NCBI GenBank assembly: GCA_017453885.1
Contig: JAFTDZ010000274.1
Span: 1-37,774, forward strand
Reading direction: 5' to 3'
Source of the DNA: Clostridia bacterium
GTDB lineage: Bacteria; Bacillota; Clostridia; Christensenellales; Borkfalkiaceae
DNA length: 37,774 bases
The notes under the pieces were generated by a model, which made no database searches, was not told the DNA's origin, and saw nothing but the letters and a program-made list of their open reading frames with translations. Position numbers and translations under genes: made by a program. Below, in pieces: positions 26,368-34,044 of the stretch; position 1 is the first letter of the stretch, and each line of letters begins with the position of its first letter.

Positions 26368-27969
26368 ATGAAAAAGATATTTTCTATTATTATAACGGCG
26401 ATCATGGCTATTTCTCTTTCCGCCTGCGGAACAAAACCGGATTCTTCCGCCGGCGTTTCCGCGGGTAAAGATATTATTTCGATAAGTGATTCCGCCATAG
26501 CGGCGGGGTACGCGCGGTACGACGTGACTTCCGCCCTTAAAAGAAAGACGGAGGGCTTCGGCGCGCAGTTCGATACGTGCGTACTTGACAGGAACAACAA
26601 ACATCTTACCGACTGGGAAGTTTATAAAAAGGCGGTAAAAACTTCTAACCTGCAGGCGGTAAGGATAAGATTTTATCCCGAAATGTACGAGAGGATGAAC
26701 GATAATTCCGATCCGGATACGTTCGATTTCGAAAGCCCGAACGTGGATTTCAACTCCATAGAGATGGGCTATCTGTATAAACTTCTCGACCTTTTCGAGG
26801 AAAACGGCGTGCGCGTGGATCTTTCCTGGTACGGTTGCCGTTCCACTTTCGCTTCCGAGGACGGAAAAATAACGGGCAGTTGGCTCGGCGGCAAGTACGG
26901 CGAAAACGGCGTGAACAATTGGATGGTACAGCCCTCGCTCACCGAAAAACCCGCGGAAGAGTTTGCCGAATCCGTTGCGGCTTGCCTCTATTACCTCATA
27001 GAGGTGAAAAAATATACCTGCCTTTACGAATACAGCCTTTTTCCCGAGCCGGAAGGCGTGATCAAAGATATGGATCTCTACGGGAAGATAGCCGCGCTCA
27101 CGAAGGAAAAACTCGCCGGATACGGCATTGCGGATAAAATTTTGTTTTCCGGCCCCGCCGACTACGGCAACAATGCCGAAAACCTTAAAAACAAATATTT
27201 AAGCGGTAAATATCCTTACGACAAGGTAGATTCTTCCGTTTACTGTTTCCACGGTACCACGTCCGTCAGCGGTGTGGAGAGGGCGCCTTCGCCCAATGCG
27301 GCAATGTACGAATTTGCCAAAAATCACGTTGACGTATGCGAGGAGTTCGGCGCGTCCTGGGGCGTTGCCGAATGCGGAACGAGCAACTTTATTACCGCGG
27401 TCACCAACGCCGATACCGAACTTTACGACAGGGCTATAACGATGGCGCGCTTCCTTATAAATTTATGTAACGCCGGTTGCACGAATATCAAATATTTCGT
27501 TTTCGGCGACTGCAGTTACGACGGGATACTCAACGAGGAAGGGCTGTTCAGGTTCGCAAGATCCGCGTACTCGGATTCCGCGATAGATTATCAGGCGAAG
27601 CCCGTGTGGTACGCTTGGTCGCTTCTTATGCGTTACACCGATATAGGCAGCGAGGTTTATCCTATAACCGTAAATTACGACGACGGCGACGACGAGGTTT
27701 GCATAACGGCTTTTCGCTTGCCCGACGGCAGTTGGACTTACGCCGCCGCTAACATAGGCGGCGGGCAGAAGAAGATAGCGCTCGTAAACGGCAGGGCGGA
27801 CAGACCTTCCTCAATGAAGATATTCCGCCTCACCGCGGCGAGTACTCCTTCGGGAGCCGACGCCGAACTGAAAATTATAGATAAGTACGGCGATGCGGAC
27901 GCGTCCGGCGGCGTGGCGTATTTCACTATACCCGCTAACGGCATAGCGGTGCTTTCGGATAAAGAATAA
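26368..27969 (+). CDS. Lipoprotein, putative clan GH-A-like (beta/alpha)8 glycosidase with C-terminal beta-sandwich; family not assignable
   Basis: The lipobox is LSAC. GFGAQFD is like the GH30-type N-terminal motif. The candidate acid/base Glu is in LFPEPEG and the candidate nucleophile Glu is in WGVAECG. It is a paralog of the next gene. Confidence 0.65.
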   Translation: MKKIFSIIITAIMAISLSACGTKPDSSAGVSAGKDIISISDSAIAAGYARYDVTSALKRKTEGFGAQFDTCVLDRNNKHLTDWEVYKKAVKTSNLQAVRIRFYPEMYERMNDNSDPDTFDFESPNVDFNSIEMGYLYKLLDLFEENGVRVDLSWYGCRSTFASEDGKITGSWLGGKYGENGVNNWMVQPSLTEKPAEEFAESVAACLYYLIEVKKYTCLYEYSLFPEPEGVIKDMDLYGKIAALTKEKLAGYGIADKILFSGPADYGNNAENLKNKYLSGKYPYDKVDSSVYCFHGTTSVSGVERAPSPNAAMYEFAKNHVDVCEEFGASWGVAECGTSNFITAVTNADTELYDRAITMARFLINLCNAGCTNIKYFVFGDCSYDGILNEEGLFRFARSAYSDSAIDYQAKPVWYAWSLLMRYTDIGSEVYPITVNYDDGDDEVCITAFRLPDGSWTYAAANIGGGQKKIALVNGRADRPSSMKIFRLTAASTPSGADAELKIIDKYGDADASGGVAYFTIPANGIAVLSDKE

Positions 27970-27983
27970 AGGAGATAACGTTC

Positions 27984-29543
27984 GTGAATATGAAAAAATT
28001 TATTTGTTTTATTCTCGCGGCGACGGTTTTGTTTCTCGTTTCGTGCAAGAACGGAGATTCTTCCGTTCCCGATAAAGGCGCGATAACGGGGGAGATCGCC
28101 GTAAACGCGGGTTATGTCCGTTACGACGTGGGCAAAAAACTTCCCGATCCGATAGTCGGTTTCGGGGCGCAGATGGATACGGATATATTTATGCCTTACA
28201 ACAAGATGACCGAAGAGGACGAAGCCCTTTGGGAAGAGCGTATAAAGGATATGAATATCCGCTATACAAGGATAAAGATGTTCCCCGAATTTTTCGAACG
28301 CGCCAACGACAATGACGATCCCGACGTTTTCGATTGGGATTCCGAGGGCGTGGATTTCGATTGCGCGGAGATGCAGGCTTTATATAAAATTCTCGACCTG
28401 TGCGAAAAATACGATATAAAGGCGGATCTGAGTTGGTACGATTGCTGGAGCAATTTCAAGTCTTACGACGGAACGGTAAACGGCAGTTGGCTTGCGGTCG
28501 ATCAATCCGGCTGGGCGAAGGCTCCTAAAGATTTTTACGAGTACGCGGAAAACATTTCCGCCTGCCTGCAATACCTTATCAATGTAAAAAAATACACTTG
28601 TCTTTGGGGCTTCAGCAATATAGCCGAAGGGTTCATCGACGAAAACAACGTTAAAAGTTGGCCCGCCTACGTGGAGAGTTGCCGCATCATCGACGAAAAA
28701 TTAAAAAAAGACGGAATAAGGGATAAAATAAGGTTTATAAGTTCCACCGAGCGCGGCATAATTAAATATTTCAAAGAGGAATACGGCGAGATAAAGGACT
28801 ATTTTGACGTTGTAGGGCTCGGCAATTACAGTTGGGACAATAACGATCCGAACGAGGCTATCTATTCTTACTATGCGGATCTTCGTGAGGCGGTCGATGA
28901 ATTCGGCGTGCGCGACATAGTGATCTCCGAATTCTGCGAGGGCAAGCACTTTACGGACGCGGTCAATAAAACGGACATCGACGACTATACAGCCGGTCTG
29001 TATATAGCGCGCTTTTGCATAAACGCCGCTTCCGAAGGCGTTACCGGTTTCGACCACTATATCCTCGGCGACGTGTGGTTTACCGACTCCTACGTTCACA
29101 CGATGGGGCTTTGGATGTACCGCGACAGCAACGTGAAAAACCCCGAATATATTTCCTGGGCGGCTCACCCCGAATATTATTTTTACGGGCTTATCTGCAA
29201 ATATAACGAGCCGGGCAGTTACGTTTACAGGCTCGACCAGAAGTTGAATTCCGTATACGACGACAGAGATCCCGATATATGCTGCGTGGCTTTCAACCTG
29301 CCTGACGGCAGTTGGTCTTACTATCTGGCGAACAGCGGCTCTTCGGGCAAAAAGATCGCTATAGTAAACGCCCTCGCAAACCGCCCCGCCAGAATGAATT
29401 GCTACAAGATAACCGAAGCGGGCATTCCGGAGGACAGGGCTTGCGTTCTGCCTTCGGCTTATACGCAGATAGACGCGAGCGACGGCGTGGCTTACGTTAC
29501 CGTTCCGGCGAACGGTTTCGTGGTGGTATCCGACAGAAAATAA
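27984..29543 (+). CDS. Lipoprotein, tandem paralog of 26368-27969 (putative clan GH-A-like glycosidase)
   Basis: The GTG start lies 9 nt after the AAGGAG RBS. The lipobox is LVSC. Blocks shared with the upstream gene are GFGAQ.DT, DDPD.FD, DLSWY, NGSWL, CL.YLI.VKKYTCL, LPDGSW.Y and GVAY.T.PANG..V.SD. Confidence 0.65.
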   Translation: MNMKKFICFILAATVLFLVSCKNGDSSVPDKGAITGEIAVNAGYVRYDVGKKLPDPIVGFGAQMDTDIFMPYNKMTEEDEALWEERIKDMNIRYTRIKMFPEFFERANDNDDPDVFDWDSEGVDFDCAEMQALYKILDLCEKYDIKADLSWYDCWSNFKSYDGTVNGSWLAVDQSGWAKAPKDFYEYAENISACLQYLINVKKYTCLWGFSNIAEGFIDENNVKSWPAYVESCRIIDEKLKKDGIRDKIRFISSTERGIIKYFKEEYGEIKDYFDVVGLGNYSWDNNDPNEAIYSYYADLREAVDEFGVRDIVISEFCEGKHFTDAVNKTDIDDYTAGLYIARFCINAASEGVTGFDHYILGDVWFTDSYVHTMGLWMYRDSNVKNPEYISWAAHPEYYFYGLICKYNEPGSYVYRLDQKLNSVYDDRDPDICCVAFNLPDGSWSYYLANSGSSGKKIAIVNALANRPARMNCYKITEAGIPEDRACVLPSAYTQIDASDGVAYVTVPANGFVVVSDRK

Positions 29544-29559
29544 TTGCGGGAGTGTTACT

Positions 29560-31521
29560 ATGAAAAATTTACGCAACGCGCTCGTTTGCGTTATCGTTTT
29601 TGCATTTATTTCAGCCGCGGGTATCCGCGCGGAAACAACGTTTGCCGACAGCGAAGAAGTCACCGCGAGTATAGAGAGGTTGAGTCCGTTCTTTATGGTT
29701 GCGCCGTCGATAGTGGCGGACGTGGAAACCGAAGAACAACTCAACGCCTACCGCGCGAGCAAAATGGAAGTTTGCCCCGCAACGCTGATACTCAGGATAG
29801 ATTCGTCGCTCAACGTGACCGATAAGGACGGAAACGCCGTAACGATGCGCGATACGCTCGGCAATACTTATACGGGATTTCACGCTATACGCGCAAACCT
29901 GAAAAAGCGGCATATGCTTGTAGCCGTGTATCTGCGCGGCGAAGAGGAGGAAGAAGCGCTTTCCTCGTATCTTGCGGAAAATCAGGAAATTTACGATCTA
30001 ACCGTAATTTCGGCCGACGCCTCGCTCGTCAAAAAAGCGAGGGAAAACAACCCATATATCCGCGGCGCCGTGGACTATTCCGCTACTGCGGATAAAGCGG
30101 ACGTTCGGGCGATAACGGCGGAGAGCAATTTATCTAAGGCGAACTGCGTTATTCTCTCGCAGGCGCAGGCGGATAAGGAAACTTGCTATCGCATTCAGTC
30201 GATGTTCAAGTCCGTTTGGGTAAGGGCGGAAGGAACGGAAGATTACGATTATCTCAAGGCGGTATCGACCGGCGCTTACGGCGTGATAACCAGATCCGCC
30301 GACGTCGGCGCTCTCTACGACCTTAACGACCGTTTCGACGGTAACGGAAGGAGTTTTTCGCTCCCGCATTCCTTTTACAACATAGGGCACAGGGGCTGTA
30401 ATTCCGCGCCGGAAAATACGCTTAAAGCCTGTCGCCTTGCCTATGAAGGCGGCGCCACGCACATAGAAATAGACGTTAAAGTTTCAAGCGACGGAAAGTT
30501 GTTCGTCTTTCACGATAACGATCTTTCCGCAAATACTTCCGCGTCGGGGAATCCGGAAAACTACACGCTCGAACAACTTAAAAACATCGACGTAATCGGG
30601 TTTGACAAAGCCGACGCGGGCAACGCAAAAAGTTTCCCCGAGGAGCAGGCGGAAAAGATAGCCTCTCTCGACGATATTTTCGACTATTTCAAGGATAAGG
30701 ACGATATAATAATAATCTGCGAGATAAAAACGGTAAATCCGAAAGTAGTTCAACTTCTCGGCGAAAAGATAGAAGAATACGGAATGTACGGCAAAGTGGT
30801 TTCCATAGCGTTCGCATTGGATATGCTCGGGCGCATGGAGGAAAACAAACTTACCGCCCGTATCCCCACGGCGTATCTCGGCACAGTGGCGGACGCGTCG
30901 CTTGCGGACAGGTTAAAGGATCTTTCCTCAAACAACACCGCGAGCAACGTGCCGCTCGGCACAAACCTTTACCGCATGGGGCTGAAAGATCGCGGCTTCG
31001 TTTACTACGCTTGGACGTACAATACCGAAAAGGCGGTTCAGAACGCGATCAAATCGGGCGCGGTGGGCATAACGAGCAACGTCACCCCGTCTATCGGCAA
31101 GTATCCGAGGAAGATAACGCCTGCGGAAAGTTATACGCTCGATGAAACCGCGGATATTTCTTCCGCGGTATTTCCCGCAAAGGTGACCTGTTTCGACAGG
31201 ACGGAGAGCATAGAGGAATGTTCGGTATTCGCTTACCGCACAAACGGCGACAGCGCGGAAGTTATCCTTCAATACACCGATCCGTACGGAATTTACACTC
31301 TCTACAGCGACGCCGTTACCGTTGAATTTTTACGGAACGACGAAGAATCTTCTTCCGCGGCGGCTTCTTCTGAAAGCGCCGAGGAAAGCGGTTTGAACGG
31401 AAATTCCGCGCCCGGCGAAAGCGCGGGTAAAAAAGGCTGTAAAGGCGGGTTCGGCGCCGAAGGGTTATCCGTCGTTTTTGCCGCCGCGATCATCGCAATA
31501 AATAAAAGACGTGAAAAATAA
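29560..31521 (+). CDS. Secreted glycerophosphodiester phosphodiesterase (GDPD) domain protein with KKGC/TM/basic C-terminal tail
   Basis: The signal peptide ends GIRA/ET. The GDPD core is FYNIGHRGCNSAPENTLKACRLAYEGGATHIEIDVKVSSDGKLFVFHDNDL (HRG...PENT...E.D...HD). An N-terminal region of about 270 aa is unassigned, and an Ig-like region follows the GDPD domain. The tail is KKGCKGGFGAEGLSVVFAAAIIAINKRREK. Confidence 0.85.
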   Translation: MKNLRNALVCVIVFAFISAAGIRAETTFADSEEVTASIERLSPFFMVAPSIVADVETEEQLNAYRASKMEVCPATLILRIDSSLNVTDKDGNAVTMRDTLGNTYTGFHAIRANLKKRHMLVAVYLRGEEEEEALSSYLAENQEIYDLTVISADASLVKKARENNPYIRGAVDYSATADKADVRAITAESNLSKANCVILSQAQADKETCYRIQSMFKSVWVRAEGTEDYDYLKAVSTGAYGVITRSADVGALYDLNDRFDGNGRSFSLPHSFYNIGHRGCNSAPENTLKACRLAYEGGATHIEIDVKVSSDGKLFVFHDNDLSANTSASGNPENYTLEQLKNIDVIGFDKADAGNAKSFPEEQAEKIASLDDIFDYFKDKDDIIIICEIKTVNPKVVQLLGEKIEEYGMYGKVVSIAFALDMLGRMEENKLTARIPTAYLGTVADASLADRLKDLSSNNTASNVPLGTNLYRMGLKDRGFVYYAWTYNTEKAVQNAIKSGAVGITSNVTPSIGKYPRKITPAESYTLDETADISSAVFPAKVTCFDRTESIEECSVFAYRTNGDSAEVILQYTDPYGIYTLYSDAVTVEFLRNDEESSSAAASSESAEESGLNGNSAPGESAGKKGCKGGFGAEGLSVVFAAAIIAINKRREK

Positions 31522-31522
31522 T

Positions 31523-32731
31523 ATGAAAGACATCGACTATCTCAAAGAGAAATATTACCCGATATTCAAGGAAGAATTGTTTGACAGTTGCATTCCATTC
31601 TGGCTCGAACACGGCAAGGACGAAAAAAACGGCGGTCTTTATACCTGCCTCGACAGGACGGGCGAGATCTTTTCCGAGGACAAAAGCGTGTGGATGCAAG
31701 GCCGTTGCGGTTATACCTTCTCGCACGTTTCAAACGTTTTCGGGCGGAACGAAGAATACCTTTCCTTTGCGAAGAGTTGCATAGATTTCGAGGATAAACA
31801 TTGCTTCGATACGGACGGCAGAATGTTCTTCAAGGTAACGGCGGACGGCAAGCCTTTAAGAAAGCGCAGATATTGGTTCAGCGAATCCTTTTACGTTCTC
31901 GCGCAGGCGGAATATTATATGGCTACGGGTGAGGAGAGATCGCTTGTTTCCGCCCGTCGCGTTTACGATATGATAAACGGAATATTTATCGATCCGTCGT
32001 CCGATCCGTTTAAGATCTACCCCAAAACCTGTCCGGAAACGCGAAGGTTCAAGGGGCTTTCGGAAGCGATGATACTTTTCAATACCTCTTACGTAATGCG
32101 CAAGGCGGACGCGGAGAGAAGGGAATATTACGCCGCTACCGCAGACCTTTGCCTTAAAGAGATAAAAAATCATTATTTTCCGGAAATGTCCGTCCTTTTG
32201 GAAAACGTTACCGAGGATAACCGATACGACGGCAGCACTTCAGACGGCAGAATAATAAACCCCGGGCACGATATGGAGTGCGCGTTCTTCCTGTTGCAGG
32301 AAGCGTTATATCGCAAGGACGAGGCGCTTGTGACCTTTGCGGAAACGATATTTCTCGACGCATGGCGCAGGGGGCGCGATGAAAAATACGGCGGCATTTT
32401 ATACTTTGTAGACGCGGAAAACAAACCCGTGGAGGCTTACGAACACGATATGAAGTTGTGGTGGGTACACAACGAATGTATGAACGCCGCTCTCCTTCTG
32501 CTGTATGCCACGGGAAAAAGCGTTTACGCTGAAATATTCGACGAGGTCGCCTCGTATTCTCTCTCGCATTTCAGCGACCGCGAGTACGGCGAATGGTTCG
32601 GCTATCTCCGCAGGGACGGTATTCCCACCGAACCGCCGTGCAAGGGCTGTTCGTTCAAGGGGCCTTTCCACGTTCTCCGCAACCTTGCCGCCATGCTCAA
32701 CATCTTCGACGGCAAGCCCGGACTTATCTGA
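31523..32731 (+). CDS. N-acylglucosamine 2-epimerase (AGE/RenBP) superfamily protein; could be an aldose, cellobiose or mannobiose 2-epimerase type
   Basis: IPFWLEHGKDEKNGGLYTCLDRTGEIFSEDKSVWMQGRCGYTFSHV, PGHDMECAFFLL and KLWWVHNECMNA fit the AGE (alpha/alpha)6 family. The start is uncertain: ATG at 31523 or GTG at 31511, and neither has a good RBS. Confidence 0.75.
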   Translation: MKDIDYLKEKYYPIFKEELFDSCIPFWLEHGKDEKNGGLYTCLDRTGEIFSEDKSVWMQGRCGYTFSHVSNVFGRNEEYLSFAKSCIDFEDKHCFDTDGRMFFKVTADGKPLRKRRYWFSESFYVLAQAEYYMATGEERSLVSARRVYDMINGIFIDPSSDPFKIYPKTCPETRRFKGLSEAMILFNTSYVMRKADAERREYYAATADLCLKEIKNHYFPEMSVLLENVTEDNRYDGSTSDGRIINPGHDMECAFFLLQEALYRKDEALVTFAETIFLDAWRRGRDEKYGGILYFVDAENKPVEAYEHDMKLWWVHNECMNAALLLLYATGKSVYAEIFDEVASYSLSHFSDREYGEWFGYLRRDGIPTEPPCKGCSFKGPFHVLRNLAAMLNIFDGKPGLI

Positions 32732-32748
32732 CCTTGCTTACCAAACGA

Positions 32749-32777
32749 AAAAAGGCTTGATTGTTTCAAGCCTTTTT
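32749..32777. terminator. Bidirectional rho-independent terminator between the convergent AGE and AraC genes
   Basis: AAAAAGGCTTGA (32749-32760) pairs with TCAAGCCTTTTT (32766-32777) around a 5-nt loop. It is flanked by an A-tract and a T-tract. Confidence 0.8.
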
Positions 32778-32779
32778 AT

Positions 32780-33679
32780 CTATTCGCTTTCTTTTCCTTC
32801 AAGCGCCTGTTGGCGGTAGGCGTTCGGGCTTACTCCGTATATCCGCTTGAAAGCCCTGCTGAATACGTATATCGAGGAGTAATTGAGCGCGTTGGAAATT
32901 TCCGTTACGGAAAGATTTCCTTCGTCGAGCAGTTCTTTCGCGCGCGAAAGTTTTTTGTTGATATAATATGTGTAAAGCGAGGAGCCGAATTTATTCTTGA
33001 AGATTCTCGAAAGGTAAATATAGTTGTAATGCAACACGTCGCACACGTCGGTTATCTTCGTCATCTCGGCAAAGTTGTTGTCAATATAATGCACTATCTG
33101 AAAATAAATATTCTGTTCGTTGTCGAAAGAGATCGGGCGGTATTGTTTCGTTTCGGCAAGGTTCACGCGCTGGTAGATATTCACGCAGAAAAGTTTTATG
33201 GTAAGTTCGAGTTGCACGTCGGAAAGTTCCGCGTTGCTCTCTATCACCGACAGCAAATTTCTGAAGGAGAGGTCTAAATCGGGCAAATTCCTTTTGCGGT
33301 AATGCGGGTGCATGCGCATAAGTTCCGCATTGTATAATATTTTGCGGTATGGAGAATCCTCTTTGAAACTGAACGCGAGGAAGTAATATCGCAGGGGCTG
33401 TTTCTGGTCGGATTCTATCATATGGCTCTCCTGCGGCAGAGAGATGAAAAGGTCGTTTTTTTCTACCGGCGTTTTAATGTTTGCCGCGTAGAAGAACCCG
33501 GAGCCTTCCGTTATAAAAGAAAATTCAAAAAAATCGTCGTGAATGTGTTCGTTCAGGTGCGAACCGTTGTCGCAGTAAATTTCGCCGAGTTGATATAGCA
33601 GCAGGTCGTTCAGTTCTCTCGGAGAGTTTATGTAGTCGAAATCGTACAGAAACCTGTGTTTTTGTATTATGTTTTTCAT
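32780..33679 (-). CDS. AraC-family transcriptional regulator (cupin-type sensor domain plus HTH_18)
   Basis: The C-terminus is ITDVCDVLHYNYIYLSRIFKNKFGSSLYTYYINKKLSRAKELLDEGNLSVTEISNALNYSSIYVFSRAFKRIYGVSPNAYRQ. The N-terminus is a cupin-like AraC_binding region (HIHDDFFEFSFITEGSG). Confidence 0.9.
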   Translation of the reverse strand: MKNIIQKHRFLYDFDYINSPRELNDLLLYQLGEIYCDNGSHLNEHIHDDFFEFSFITEGSGFFYAANIKTPVEKNDLFISLPQESHMIESDQKQPLRYYFLAFSFKEDSPYRKILYNAELMRMHPHYRKRNLPDLDLSFRNLLSVIESNAELSDVQLELTIKLFCVNIYQRVNLAETKQYRPISFDNEQNIYFQIVHYIDNNFAEMTKITDVCDVLHYNYIYLSRIFKNKFGSSLYTYYINKKLSRAKELLDEGNLSVTEISNALNYSSIYVFSRAFKRIYGVSPNAYRQQALEGKESE

Positions 33680-33994
33680 TTTCCATTCCCTTTAACAATA
33701 AGTTAAAAATAGTTAAATCATATAACTTCTCTTTTATTATAATCTATTTATATCACAAAATCCATAACAATATACAACTTTTTATTTAACAAAACAAAAC
33801 TTTGATAATAATTTTGTTAAACGAAAAGCGGATAGCCGTTAGCGTAACGGCGCTTTAATCGAAAGCGATGTCGCGTATCTCGCCCGCACCGATAAAGGCG
33901 TAAGCGCCGTTCGTATTTTACAATCGTCTGACGCCTCTTATGAGGATATTATAGCAAAAAAAACAATAAACGTCCGCTTTTGATGCGTTTTTTC

Positions 33995-34023
33995 TTGAAA
34001 AACAGTCGGCTTTCGGTTATAAT
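33995..34023 (+). promoter_or_regulatory. SigA-type promoter for the kinase/araD operon
   Basis: TTGAAA (33995-34000), a 17-nt spacer, then TATAAT (34018-34023). The RBS AAAGGAG at 34031-34037 precedes the ATG at 34045. Confidence 0.6.
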
Positions 34024-34044
34024 AATATAAAAGGAGAAACGATT

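Noticed and set aside
33855-33917. A short minus-strand reading frame (NTNGAYAFIGAGEIRDIAFD-stop) in the GC-rich intergenic island, considered as a possible gene remnant.
   Set aside because: It has only about 20 codons bounded by stops, with no start codon and no family I can recognise. It is mentioned only as a possible explanation of the GC-rich island.
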